A DNA stretch of 33,325 nucleotides from an uncultured archaeon (lineage in GTDB: Archaea; Asgardarchaeota; Lokiarchaeia; Sigyniarchaeales; SOKP01): positions 1-33,325 of the forward strand of contig CAZDTP010000046.1 in assembly GCA_964508365.1 (NCBI GenBank), in the 5' to 3' direction. Position 1 is the first letter of the stretch. Each line of letters opens with the position of its first letter. The notes beneath the pieces were generated by a model that had not been told where the DNA came from, did no database searches, and saw only the letters and a program-made list of their open reading frames with translations. Shown here piece by piece: positions 17,975 through 28,479 of the stretch. The position numbers were made by a program, and so were the translations under genes.

Positions 17975-19246
17975 ATAGCAGAAACTGAAAATAAAATTAA
18001 GCAAGAAGATAAAATTAGAGGAATGAACAATTCTTTAAAGAAGATCTATGAACCTGATTTAAGAAAACTATTAAAGAAATGCTATCAATGTGCCCGTTGT
18101 AGTGGTGTGTGTCAAGTAAGTAAAGTGCAAAAATACACTCCCAGTAGAATAATCCAATTAATATTAGAAGGTTTTGAGGATAAAGTAATTAAAAGTGGAG
18201 TGTTATGGGATTGTTTGACATGTAATAGCTGCCTTCAAACGTGTCCTAAAGATATTAATTTTGCTGATATCGTTCGTAATGCTAGATATAAAATGCAAAT
18301 AGAAGGGTTTCATAATCTTGACCGTTGTATTGCTCATAAAGGCGTTTTTCCCACAATAGCTGAATTAATGAGCAAAGACGAAATTAAGATTAAAAGACCC
18401 TTAGATTGGATTCCTAAAGATTGTAGAATTTCAGATCATGGAAGCATTTTGTACTATGTAGGATGTTTACCTTTTTTTAATGTTGAATTTGAAAATTTAG
18501 ATTCAATCGCTTCAAGTACGCTACAAATAATTTGTAGAATAGAGGATACTCCAATCGTTGTACTTAAGGAAGAAACTTGTTGTGGTCATGATCTATACTG
18601 GGGCCAAGGAAAGTTCGAAATTTTTATTGAATTAGCTAAGAGAAATATGAGAGTATTTGAAAAAGCAGGAATATCCACAATCGTTACCGCTTGCGCCGAA
18701 TGTTATAGGACATTTAAAGTTGATTATCAAAACTTATTTAACGAATTTAATGAGAAATTTGAAGTAAAACACATTATTGAATATATTTACGATAAGTGGA
18801 AGCAAGGGACAATTGAATTTAAAAAACCTAAGAAATTGAAAGAGGAAATTCCTTTTACTTACCACGATCCATGTAGGCTAAGTCGATTTTTACCGAAAGA
18901 TAATAACATTGTTGAAAAAGTTAGGGAAATTTTTGATAATTTAAAAGTAGTAGGTTATGAGTTTAAAGAAATGGAGCATAATAAAGAAAATTCTTTATGC
19001 TGTGGAGTAAATTCGTGGATGAATTGTAATGAACGCTCCAAGGCTTTAAGATACAAACGTTTATTAGAAGCTAAAGCAGTTGGAACGAAACTTATTACAT
19101 CTTGTCCTAAGTGCCGAATTCATTTTACTTGTTTACAAAAAGACCAAGAAGATATTTCCTCAATCGAAATTCTAGATTTATCAGAATTTCTGGTCAATAT
19201 GATTAGCATAAAAAATACAGATAATGATGTGGTGAAAGGGGGATAA
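17975..19246 (+). CDS. HdrD-like protein (HdrC-type 2x[4Fe-4S] fused to two CCG domains), module A
   Basis: CYQCARCSGVC, CLTCNSCLQTC, TCCGHD...TACAEC, HDPCRL...CCG...SCPKC. Proposed ATA start at 17975 after GAGGTG (423 aa); first ATG is at 18023. Confidence 0.85.
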   Translation: MAETENKIKQEDKIRGMNNSLKKIYEPDLRKLLKKCYQCARCSGVCQVSKVQKYTPSRIIQLILEGFEDKVIKSGVLWDCLTCNSCLQTCPKDINFADIVRNARYKMQIEGFHNLDRCIAHKGVFPTIAELMSKDEIKIKRPLDWIPKDCRISDHGSILYYVGCLPFFNVEFENLDSIASSTLQIICRIEDTPIVVLKEETCCGHDLYWGQGKFEIFIELAKRNMRVFEKAGISTIVTACAECYRTFKVDYQNLFNEFNEKFEVKHIIEYIYDKWKQGTIEFKKPKKLKEEIPFTYHDPCRLSRFLPKDNNIVEKVREIFDNLKVVGYEFKEMEHNKENSLCCGVNSWMNCNERSKALRYKRLLEAKAVGTKLITSCPKCRIHFTCLQKDQEDISSIEILDLSEFLVNMISIKNTDNDVVKGG

Positions 19247-22200
19247 TGGAAGGAGCAGTGTTAGTAGTTGGTGGGGGGATAGCTGGAATACAAACTTCTT
19301 TAGATTTGACTGAATTAGGCTTTAAAGTCTTTTTAGTAGAAATCACTCCCTCAATTGGAGGAAGAATGGCTCAACTAGATAAAACTTTTCCTACTAACGA
19401 TTGTAGCTTATGTATTCTCGCACCTAAAATGGTAGAAGTATTTAGGAATCCTAATATTGAACTAATGACTTATTCAGAAGTTCTCGAAGTAAAAGGGAAG
19501 GCAGGTCATTTTAAAGTTAAAATTTTAAAGAAACCAAGGTATATCGATGAGGAGAAGTGTAAGGGATGTGGCGACTGCGCTACTAAATGCCCTAAGATTC
19601 AAGTGCCTAACATATTTGACATGAATCTTGGAAAAAGGAAATCAGTCTATATTCCTTTTCCTCAAGCGGTCCCTCCTATTTATCTAATAGACCCAGAATT
19701 GTGTTTAAAGTTAACTAAAGATGTTTGTGGGGTTTGCGAAAAAGTTTGTGAAGCAGAAGCTATTAACTTTGAACAGAAACCAAAAGAGATTTTGATTGAT
19801 GTTGGCGCTATTGTAGTAGCAACCGGTTTTAATATGTTATCTACCGAACTTCCAGGTAGTTGGGGTTATAAATATAAAAATGTTATAACAGCTTTGGAAT
19901 ATGAAAGAATTTTATGTGCTTCAGGTCCATTTGGAGGACATGTTTTAAGATTGTCTGATGAGACAGAACCAAAAAAAATTGCTTTTATACAATGTGCTGG
20001 ATCTCGAGATTATAATATTGGGGTACCCTATTGTTCTAGCGTTTGTTGCATGTATACTGCTAAGGAAGCAATTATTACTAAAGAACACACTGAGTCATCC
20101 GATTGCTATATCTTTAAGCATGACTTAAGAGCATACGGGAAGAATTTCTATGAATATACACAGCGGGCTCATTCTGATTATGGGGTTGAATATATTAACT
20201 CTAAAATTAATAATATAAAAGAAGACCTAGAAACTAGAGATCTAATCATTCATTATGAAGATCTTAACGATGGTACATTCCACGAATTTAAAGCAAATTT
20301 GGTTGTTTTGGCAACTCCCTTAGTTCCATCTAAAGGTTCTAGGCGTATTGCAGAAATATTAGACATCAGTCTTGATGAGTATGGATTTTTTAAAGAAAAA
20401 ACTCCTTTTGATAAACTTGCTTCTAACCGTGAGGGGATATTCTTATGCGGTTTTTGTCAAGGTCCTTTAGATATTCCCGAAACCGTAGCAGATGCAAGTG
20501 GGGTTGCAAATAAAGTATCTAAATTGCTATACCCTGTAAAAGATTCTTTAATTAAAAAAAAATTGCTGGTTGAAGAAAAGCAAATAAATCCCGAAGATGA
20601 GCCCCGAATAGGAGTCATTATTTGCCATTGTGGAATAAATATCGGGAAATATGTTGATGTTCCTCAAATTGTTGAAAACATAAAATCTCTACCAAACATA
20701 ATCTGGTGCGAAGATAATTTATATTCTTGCAGTTCTGATTCCCAAGAACTAATTAAGGAAAAAATTAAAGAGCACGACCTTAATCGAATTATTGTAGCTT
20801 CGTGTACACCTAGAACTCATGAACAACTATTTCAAGAAACATGTCAAGAAGCAGGATTAAATAAATATCTTTTTGAGATGGCAAATATCCGGGATCAATG
20901 TTCTTGGGTACATATGACTCAAAAGGAGGATGCTACCCAAAAGGCAGAAGAATTAATTGAAATGGCCATTTCAAAATCGAGATTATTAAAACCTCAGAAA
21001 GAATTAAATTTATCAATTATTCCAGAAGCATTAATCATAGGTGGCGGCATTTCTGGTATGACTGCTGCACTAAGTATTGCAGAACAAGGATATACAACTC
21101 ACATTATTGAAAAGGAATCTCAATTGGGGGGTAATTTAAATAATTTAAATCAAATTTTCCCTGAATATCAGAAAGCTTCTGAATTTCTAAATCCATTAAT
21201 AAATCAAGTAAAATCTCATTCTCAAATTAAGATTCATCTAGCTTCAAATCTAATAGATGTTAAAGGTTATATGGGTAAATACGAGGTTAAATTTAAAAAT
21301 AAAAATAATAAAATAAATCAAATTAAAGTTGGAGTTATAATAGTAGCAACAGGAGCAATTGAACATAAACCAGATGATTTATATAACTATACTGAAGAAG
21401 CGAATGTTATCACTCAACTTGAATTAGAACAAAAGTTAAAAAAAGCAGATAAGAAATGGTTAGACAATATTAAGAATATTACTATTATTCTATGCGTTAA
21501 TTCACGTCAAGAAACCGGTATTACGTACTGTTCAAATATTTGTTGTTCAAATGCTTTAAAAAATATCAACATTCTAAAAGAACTGAAGCCTGACTTAGAA
21601 TTAATTGTAATTTATCGAGATTTACAAATGTCAAAGAAAGGGTTTGAAGAACAATATCGAAATTCAAGGAGAAAGGCAATGTTCTTAAGATACTCATTAG
21701 ATAAACTTCCAAATGTCTCTAAGGCAGCTAATAGTGAATATAATTATAAAATTAACTTGTTTGAAAATAATTTAAAAGAAGACTTAGAATTTTTTAGTGA
21801 TCTAATCGTATTATCAACTCCTTTGGTGGCTCCGGATAATTTTAGCGATTTATCCAAAATGTTGAAAGTACCAAGGGACAAGAGTGGATTTTTTTTAGAA
21901 GCTCATGTCAAATTAAAGCCTCTCGATTTTGCTACTGACGGAATATTTTTATGTGGTTGTGCTCATTGGCCAAAAAATATCCCAGAATCAATTGCTCAAG
22001 CAAATGGAGCTGCAGGGCGAGCCATTAGGATTATAGGGGCTAAAGAAATGGTGGCATCAGGGCTTACTGCTGAAGTTAATGAAGAGTTATGTATTAGTTG
22101 TGGGGTTTGTCTAAAACTATGCCCCTATAATGCTATATCGAAAGATGATATGGATATTGTTTCTGTGAATAAACTTCTATGTAAAGGATGTGGCGTATGT

Positions 22201-22290
22201 GGTGCAAGCTGTCCAGAAAATGCAATCATAATTCATCATTTTACGAAAGAACAACTTTTATCAGAAATCATTGTCTGCGGAGGAGAATAA
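19246..22290 (+). CDS. hdrA: large HdrA-like flavoprotein (two FAD domains, Cys-type)
   Basis: 1014 aa; two GGGxxG motifs, TFPTNDCSLCILAP, internal CHCGINIG/SCTPRTHE domain, C-terminal ferredoxin; TAATG coupling. Confidence 0.9.
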   Translation: MEGAVLVVGGGIAGIQTSLDLTELGFKVFLVEITPSIGGRMAQLDKTFPTNDCSLCILAPKMVEVFRNPNIELMTYSEVLEVKGKAGHFKVKILKKPRYIDEEKCKGCGDCATKCPKIQVPNIFDMNLGKRKSVYIPFPQAVPPIYLIDPELCLKLTKDVCGVCEKVCEAEAINFEQKPKEILIDVGAIVVATGFNMLSTELPGSWGYKYKNVITALEYERILCASGPFGGHVLRLSDETEPKKIAFIQCAGSRDYNIGVPYCSSVCCMYTAKEAIITKEHTESSDCYIFKHDLRAYGKNFYEYTQRAHSDYGVEYINSKINNIKEDLETRDLIIHYEDLNDGTFHEFKANLVVLATPLVPSKGSRRIAEILDISLDEYGFFKEKTPFDKLASNREGIFLCGFCQGPLDIPETVADASGVANKVSKLLYPVKDSLIKKKLLVEEKQINPEDEPRIGVIICHCGINIGKYVDVPQIVENIKSLPNIIWCEDNLYSCSSDSQELIKEKIKEHDLNRIIVASCTPRTHEQLFQETCQEAGLNKYLFEMANIRDQCSWVHMTQKEDATQKAEELIEMAISKSRLLKPQKELNLSIIPEALIIGGGISGMTAALSIAEQGYTTHIIEKESQLGGNLNNLNQIFPEYQKASEFLNPLINQVKSHSQIKIHLASNLIDVKGYMGKYEVKFKNKNNKINQIKVGVIIVATGAIEHKPDDLYNYTEEANVITQLELEQKLKKADKKWLDNIKNITIILCVNSRQETGITYCSNICCSNALKNINILKELKPDLELIVIYRDLQMSKKGFEEQYRNSRRKAMFLRYSLDKLPNVSKAANSEYNYKINLFENNLKEDLEFFSDLIVLSTPLVAPDNFSDLSKMLKVPRDKSGFFLEAHVKLKPLDFATDGIFLCGCAHWPKNIPESIAQANGAAGRAIRIIGAKEMVASGLTAEVNEELCISCGVCLKLCPYNAISKDDMDIVSVNKLLCKGCGVCGASCPENAIIIHHFTKEQLLSEIIVCGGE

Positions 22291-23068
22291 AAAACTGGTA
22301 TTTAAACCAAAAATTATAGGATTTTTATGCAATTGGTGTTCATATGCCGGAGCTGATTTAGCCGGTGTCAGTAGAGTTCAATATTCTCCTAATTTAAGAA
22401 TAATTAGAGTAATGTGTAGTGGTAGAGTTGATCCGATATTTATTGCTGAAGCGTTCTTAAGAAATATTGATGGTGTTTTAGTTTTGGGTTGTCATTTAGG
22501 AGATTGTCATTATATTAGTGGTAATTATGAAACAGAATTAAAAATGGATATGCTAAATAAACTTCTAAAATTAGTAAATTTTTCAGATCGATTCCGCTTG
22601 GATTGGGTGTCTGCTTCTGAAGGAAATAGATTTGGACAAATTGTTAATGATTTCAATCAACATATTTGCGAATTAGGACCTTCTCCAATAAAAAAGGAAG
22701 AGCTTAAACAAGAATATGTTGAGAATTTTAATGCAATTATCTCAGCACTAAGCGATTCAAGATTAAGAATATTAGTTGCTAGAGAAAGAGAAATAATCAA
22801 TGTAGGAAATGCCTATAACGAAATAATTCCAAAGGAGGAATATGAAGAAATTCTCGACGATGCAATTTATAATGAGTTCATTCGTCAAAAAATAATACAG
22901 AAAATATCAAAAAGTGGTAAATCTGTCCCAGAAATTTCTAAAGAAATTCAAATTAAACCAAATTTAGTATTAAAACACATAGTTACTTTAAGACAAAGAG
23001 GACTAGTTGATTTAGATAAAATTAATGAGGAAATACCAACATTCATTTCAATTAAGGAGGGAAAGTAA
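22271..23068 (+). CDS. mvhD: MvhD with C-terminal helical + winged-helix extension
   Basis: LCNWCSYAGADLAG, MCSGRVDP, GCHLGDCHY, WVSASEG, then a ~125-aa extension ending in a wHTH-like segment. Confidence 0.88.
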   Translation: MSAEENKKLVFKPKIIGFLCNWCSYAGADLAGVSRVQYSPNLRIIRVMCSGRVDPIFIAEAFLRNIDGVLVLGCHLGDCHYISGNYETELKMDMLNKLLKLVNFSDRFRLDWVSASEGNRFGQIVNDFNQHICELGPSPIKKEELKQEYVENFNAIISALSDSRLRILVAREREIINVGNAYNEIIPKEEYEEILDDAIYNEFIRQKIIQKISKSGKSVPEISKEIQIKPNLVLKHIVTLRQRGLVDLDKINEEIPTFISIKEGK

Positions 23069-26000
23069 TGGATAAAATCGGAGCTGTGTTAGTTGTAGGT
23101 GGGGGAATCGCGGGAATGCAAGCATCTATTGATTTAGCAGATTCCGGTTTTAAAGTTTATTTAGCGGAATCTACAACTAGTATTGGAGGAGTAATGTCTC
23201 AATTAGACAAGACTTTCCCTACTAATGATTGTGCAATATGTATCCTAGCTCCAAAACTAGTAGAAACGGGTCGTCATGAGAATATAGATATTCTAATAAA
23301 TGCCTCTTTAGAAAAAGTTGAAGGCATACCAGGAAAGTTCAAAGTTGATGTAATTCAAAAAACACTTTATTTAGATCAAGATAAATGTACTGGATGCGGT
23401 GTTTGTTCTCAAAAGTGTCCTATAGAAGCAATAGACTTTTTTAATGAAAAAATATCAAATACAGGAGCAATTTCCGTAAAGTTTCCTCAAGCCGTTCCCT
23501 TGGTTTTTTCAATTAATAAGCAAAAATGTATTGGTTGTGAAGTGTGTAAAGGGGTTTGTAAGGCTGATGCCATAGATTATACCCTCAAAGATAAAAATAT
23601 TAGCCTTAATGTAGGTGCTATAATAATAGCAATTGGATTTGATGAATTTGAACCCGCTCCGTTAGTTAATCTTGGTTATAATAAGTATTTGAATGTAGTT
23701 ACAAGTATCCAATTTGAACGTATATTGAGTGCTAGCGGTCCACACGCAGGATTAATACTACGCCCCTCTGATGGAATTATACCTCGTAAAATAGCATTTT
23801 TACATTGTATAGGATCGAGAGATAAAATATGTGGTAATGAATATTGTTCTTCAGTATGCTGCATGTATACAACAAAGGAAGCAGTTATTGCAAAAGAACA
23901 TATGGATATAGTTGAACCAACGATTTTTACAATGGACATAAGAGCATATGGTAAAGATTTTGATAAATACATTGAGCGAGCAAAAAATGAATATGGCATA
24001 AGATACATTAGAAGAAGAATCTCTACAATTAATGAAATACCCGAATCAAAAGATCTTAAGATTCTTTATGAAGCAGAAAATGGACAGCTTGTTGAAGAAA
24101 AATTTAATCTAGTAGTCCTTGCTGTAGGTATTCAACCTAATCGAACCGCTAAAGAAATCGCAAATAAATTAAAAATCGATTTAAATGAATATGGATTTTG
24201 CAAAACAAATAGCTTTAATCCCGTAGAGACTTCTAGACCGGGAATATATGTTTGTGGATGTTTTGCTGGACCTAAAGATATTCCAGAAACCGTTATTGAA
24301 GCAAGTTCGGCTGCTGGTTGTGTGAATACTCTTTTATATCAAGCAAGAAATACACTAATCTCAAAAAAAGAACTTCCTAAGGAAATAGATGTAAGCGATC
24401 AACCTCCTCGAATTGGTGTATTTATATGCCATTGTGGAATAAATATTGGAGGGGTTGTTGATGTTCCTGAAGTAGTAGAGTATATTAAAACTCTACCTGA
24501 TGTTGCTTATGCTGAGCATAACTTATACACGTGTTCAGCTGATACGCAAATTAACATAAAAGAGAAAATAAAAAATAACAAATTGAATAGAGTTATTGTA
24601 GCCTCATGCACTCCAAGAACTCACGAACCATTGTTTCAATCAACAATTAGAGAAGCAGGATTAAATAAATATTTGTTTGAAATGGCTAATATCAGAGACC
24701 AATGCTCATGGGTTCACATGCATAATAGCGAAGAAGCAACAGTAAAATCTAAAGATTTAGTACGAATGGCAGTTGCTAAAGCAAGACAATTAGTTCCCTT
24801 GCAAGAACAAGAACTCGAAGTAATTGATAAGGGTTTAATCATAGGTGGGGGAATCTCAGGAATGACTGCCGCTTTAAACTTAGCATCTCAGGGCTTTGAA
24901 GTATATCTATTAGAAAAAGAAGATTTATTAGGCGGATTTGCTATAAATATTTATAAAACTCTTGAAAATGACAATGTCCAAACATTTCTCATAAATTTAA
25001 TCAAGATTGTTGAGGATAATAATTTAATTCATATTTTTACTAATTCTCAAATCAATTCGATATCTGGCTACATAGGAAATTTTAAAACGAATATATCTTA
25101 TGGAAAAGGAAATGAAAGTATTGATCTTGATCATGGAATTATTATTGTAGCAACAGGCGCGAAAGAATATCAACCAAAAGAATATTTGTACGGAAAGGAC
25201 AGTAGAATTATTACACAATCCAATTTTGAAAAGATTATTTACGAATCGGAAGAGATAAAGAATACAAATTCAATAGTGATGATTCAGTGTATAGGTTCTA
25301 GAAATGAAGATAACCCGTATTGTAGTAGAATTTGCTGCTCTGAGGCTATTAAAAATGCTTTAAAGGTTAAAAACAACAATTCAAATACAGAAATCATAAT
25401 TTTATATCGTGATATAAGAACATACGGTTTTAAAGAAAAATATTACAATTTAGCTAGAGAGAAGGGAGTAATTTTTATTAGATTTGATGGAAAAAACCCT
25501 CCTGAAGTAAAAATAGAAAATAAGAAGCTGAAAGTTTTAGTTAATCAACCTGATTTCGGAGAATTGGAAATTAATCCCGATATGGTAGTATTAAGTACCG
25601 GTATAGTTGCACCTAAAGAAGAAAATGAAGAATTAGCAAAATTACTTAAAGTACCTCTTAATGAGGATAAATTCTTTTTAGAGGCGCATGTTAAACTAAG
25701 GCCTATTGATTTTGCTACTGACGGAATATTTTTATGCGGGTTGGCGCATTCTCCTAAAAATATTAGCGAATCAATAACCCAAGCAAACGGTGCGGCAGCT
25801 CAAGCTGTTAAAATATTAGCTTATAAAGAAATAATCACTTCTGGGTTAGTTGCTACAGTTTTAGAAGAGAATTGTATTGGGTGCGGAAAATGCGTTGAGG
25901 TGTGTCAATTTAATGCAATAGAATTAATAGAAAAGGAGATAGAATTTGAAGATTGTACAATAATCACAAAAAAATCTTATATAAACTCTGCACTCTGTAA

Positions 26001-26109
26001 AGGATGTGGTACATGTGGAGCTCAATGTCCAAATTCAACAATTGTAATAAAGCATTTTGGTTTTGAACAAATAAATGCTATGATCAAAGCACTTCTAATT
26101 AAAAGTTAA
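23068..26109 (+). CDS. hdrA: large HdrA-like flavoprotein (two FAD domains, Cys-type)
   Basis: 1013 aa; same architecture; DCAICILAP, CHCGINIGG, SCTPRTHEP. Confidence 0.9.
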   Translation: MDKIGAVLVVGGGIAGMQASIDLADSGFKVYLAESTTSIGGVMSQLDKTFPTNDCAICILAPKLVETGRHENIDILINASLEKVEGIPGKFKVDVIQKTLYLDQDKCTGCGVCSQKCPIEAIDFFNEKISNTGAISVKFPQAVPLVFSINKQKCIGCEVCKGVCKADAIDYTLKDKNISLNVGAIIIAIGFDEFEPAPLVNLGYNKYLNVVTSIQFERILSASGPHAGLILRPSDGIIPRKIAFLHCIGSRDKICGNEYCSSVCCMYTTKEAVIAKEHMDIVEPTIFTMDIRAYGKDFDKYIERAKNEYGIRYIRRRISTINEIPESKDLKILYEAENGQLVEEKFNLVVLAVGIQPNRTAKEIANKLKIDLNEYGFCKTNSFNPVETSRPGIYVCGCFAGPKDIPETVIEASSAAGCVNTLLYQARNTLISKKELPKEIDVSDQPPRIGVFICHCGINIGGVVDVPEVVEYIKTLPDVAYAEHNLYTCSADTQINIKEKIKNNKLNRVIVASCTPRTHEPLFQSTIREAGLNKYLFEMANIRDQCSWVHMHNSEEATVKSKDLVRMAVAKARQLVPLQEQELEVIDKGLIIGGGISGMTAALNLASQGFEVYLLEKEDLLGGFAINIYKTLENDNVQTFLINLIKIVEDNNLIHIFTNSQINSISGYIGNFKTNISYGKGNESIDLDHGIIIVATGAKEYQPKEYLYGKDSRIITQSNFEKIIYESEEIKNTNSIVMIQCIGSRNEDNPYCSRICCSEAIKNALKVKNNNSNTEIIILYRDIRTYGFKEKYYNLAREKGVIFIRFDGKNPPEVKIENKKLKVLVNQPDFGELEINPDMVVLSTGIVAPKEENEELAKLLKVPLNEDKFFLEAHVKLRPIDFATDGIFLCGLAHSPKNISESITQANGAAAQAVKILAYKEIITSGLVATVLEENCIGCGKCVEVCQFNAIELIEKEIEFEDCTIITKKSYINSALCKGCGTCGAQCPNSTIVIKHFGFEQINAMIKALLIKS

Positions 26110-26135
26110 ATTATAATAATAAAATTTGAGGACTC

Positions 26136-26567
26136 TTGAAAAGCAAGACAAAAAATGAAGAAGAACATATAGGATTTAGACCTAATATATTATGTTTTTG
26201 TTGTAGTTGGTGTAGTTATGCTGGAGCAGATTTGGCGGGTGTTTCCCGGTTTCAATATCCCCCTACTATAAGGATACTGCGTGTTATGTGTTCTGGTAGA
26301 GTTGATCCTGCCTTTATTTTAGAGGCCTTTAAAGATGGAGTTGATGGCGTTCTTGTAACAGGGTGCCATATTGGCGATTGCCACTACTTAAAAGGGAATG
26401 AATTTGTCAAAGAAAGGATTGAGCGCTATCAAAAGGTTTTAAAGATGCTGGGACTTGAAAAGAGATTTAGACTTGAATGGGTTAGTGCATCTGAGGGTAA
26501 ACGATTTTCTGAATTAATTACTGAATTTACTGAGGAAATAAAAAAACTAGGTCCCTTAATCCAATAG
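26136..26567 (+). CDS. mvhD: MvhD [2Fe-2S] subunit (Cys-type)
   Basis: CCSWCSYAGADLAG, MCSGRVDP, GCHIGDCHY; TTG start after GAGGA. Confidence 0.9.
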   Translation: MKSKTKNEEEHIGFRPNILCFCCSWCSYAGADLAGVSRFQYPPTIRILRVMCSGRVDPAFILEAFKDGVDGVLVTGCHIGDCHYLKGNEFVKERIERYQKVLKMLGLEKRFRLEWVSASEGKRFSELITEFTEEIKKLGPLIQ

Positions 26568-26762
26568 AAAATGCTGGATCTTGTTATTATTCTAAAAAAG
26601 TCTTTACCTTGAAATAATTCGTAAAAGTAAAAATCAAAACTCAAATTAGCCTTCTCCTTATCAAGTGTAAAATAAAAAAAACAATAAATATCTATTATTT
26701 TCAAAATTAAGTGTTTGAAATACTATATTTTTAGTTAAGTGCAAAAATTAGTAGCAATCTAA

Positions 26763-26819
26763 GAAGAATTTAGAGAAGAGAGGAGTAAATTATCACAGAA
26801 TCAAAAAAAGAAGTCAAAA
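26763..26819 (+). repeat. isolated copy of the frhB-hdrD junction (28451-28507)
   Basis: 51/57 nt identical by manual alignment, including the GAGGAG RBS and first codons. Confidence 0.75.
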
Positions 26820-26863
26820 GAAAAGTTGGTCCTAAAAAGCATTTTATGCCCGCTATTAAGTGG

Positions 26864-27138
26864 ATGATTCGATTAAATCTTTTAAAAAGATCGGAACTTT
26901 ATCGAAGACATAGATTTTTCAAAAAAAAAGCTGGAGCATTTACGGTTCAGAAAACAAACTTATAAGAAAAATCTTAGCAGCGAATTTTAATCAAATAGAA
27001 CTTTTAGAAAAAAAGATAGAAACTTTGGAAGATCTAACGGCAAATATGATAGAACGCGAAAAAGTAAATTCTCACGCAAATCAAATCAAGTTCAATCGAT
27101 ATAAATATCCATTTTGTTTTATGACTAATCTAATTTAA
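26864..27138 (+). pseudogene. frameshifted small basic/coiled-coil protein gene within dispersed repeat copy 2 (26873-27247)
   Basis: MIRLNLLKRSELYRRHRFFKKKAGAFTV then a 1-nt deletion (~26945) relative to copy 1; continues in another frame as SENKLIRKILAANFNQIELLEKKIETLEDL to TAA 27136-27138. Confidence 0.55.
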
Positions 27139-27353
27139 TTCTATTAAGAAAAGGTTATTTAAAAGTTGTGAACCTAGTTGTTTTCTTGTATAGAACTAAT
27201 TTAAGAAATTAAATCGAAGAATCAGTTATTTTTCATTTATATCATTAAGATGTAAAACCCGGTCAAGGGCTATTGGAAAGAATAGCTAGTTCCAAAAGAA
27301 CTAATTTTAAATCAATCCTAATAGGTTAATTAGCATTGAATATTATAGATATT

Positions 27354-28466
27354 ATGACTATAAAAACTTTTGAAGATTTAATAAAGGAAGTTCACGAAAA
27401 AGGAATTTGTCAAGAATGCGGGGGTTGTGTAAGTTTCTGTAGTTCAGCTGAATACGATATCATTGGCTTTAAAGATCCTTGTAGTCCACCCGAATACATT
27501 AATAAAGATGAATGTCTCAAGTGTGGAATTTGCTATTTTATTTGTCCACAAACTCATATCTTAGACGATGAACTTAACAAAACATTCAAATTTACTGACT
27601 TTAATTCAATGCCAATTGGTCACTACGAAAAAATTTATTCCTGTCAAGCTGTTGATAAAGATTTTCTTGAAAAAGGTACTGATGGAGGTGTAGTCAACGC
27701 GATACTTAATTTTATGATGGAGAAAAGGTTAATTGATGGGGCAATAGTATCGAAAACTTACACACCGTTTTCAAGAGAGGCATCTTTTGCGAAGAGTAAG
27801 AGTGATTTATTACAAAGTTCGGGAACAAAATTAGATATTTCTCCCCAATTGGACGAGCTTCAGAGACTTTCTTCTTACACTCATTCGATTCCAGTATTAA
27901 ATCGTTATAAGTTTAAAAAATTAGCAGTAGTTGGTACTCCTTGTCAATTTAATACAATTAGGTGTATGCAAGACTTAGGGGTTACTCCCTCTGAGAATAT
28001 TGAAATTTGTTTGGGTTTGTTTTGCTATGAAAACTTCTTATTTGAAAAGTCGCAGATAAAAAAGTTTGAGAAGGATTATAAAATCAAATTTTCTAATATT
28101 AAAAAAATTAATATTAAAGAAGACGTTATTTTTAAATTAATAGATGATGAAATTGGGGAAAAAACTATTCATATTCCATTTGATCATCTAAAGAAATATA
28201 TGCGTCCAGCATGTAACGCTTGCAGTGATTTCACGAATATTTATGCAGATATTTCATTTGGGGGATTAGGTTCGCCGGATAAATATACTACTATTATTAC
28301 ACGAACAGAAAAAGGAAAAAAGTTGTTTTCAAAAGTTCTCGACGCTGGAATTATTAAATGTAGAGATTTAGGTTCAAATAAGAAGAAATACATGATTGAG
28401 TTAATTAGCCAATTTTCACATTCAAAAATAAAAAGAAAAGAAGAATTTATGAAGAATTTAGAATAG
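27354..28466 (+). CDS. FrhB-family protein (module B)
   Basis: Close paralog of 16849-17961; ATG 27354 aligns with the paralog start (track extends to TTG 27336). Confidence 0.88.
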   Translation: MTIKTFEDLIKEVHEKGICQECGGCVSFCSSAEYDIIGFKDPCSPPEYINKDECLKCGICYFICPQTHILDDELNKTFKFTDFNSMPIGHYEKIYSCQAVDKDFLEKGTDGGVVNAILNFMMEKRLIDGAIVSKTYTPFSREASFAKSKSDLLQSSGTKLDISPQLDELQRLSSYTHSIPVLNRYKFKKLAVVGTPCQFNTIRCMQDLGVTPSENIEICLGLFCYENFLFEKSQIKKFEKDYKIKFSNIKKINIKEDVIFKLIDDEIGEKTIHIPFDHLKKYMRPACNACSDFTNIYADISFGGLGSPDKYTTIITRTEKGKKLFSKVLDAGIIKCRDLGSNKKKYMIELISQFSHSKIKRKEEFMKNLE

Positions 28467-28479
28467 AGAGGAGTAAATC

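Noticed and set aside
22271-22290. Programmed frameshift producing an HdrA-MvhD fusion
   Set aside because: The 20-nt overlap is compatible with coupled translation; no slippery site or stimulatory structure is evident.
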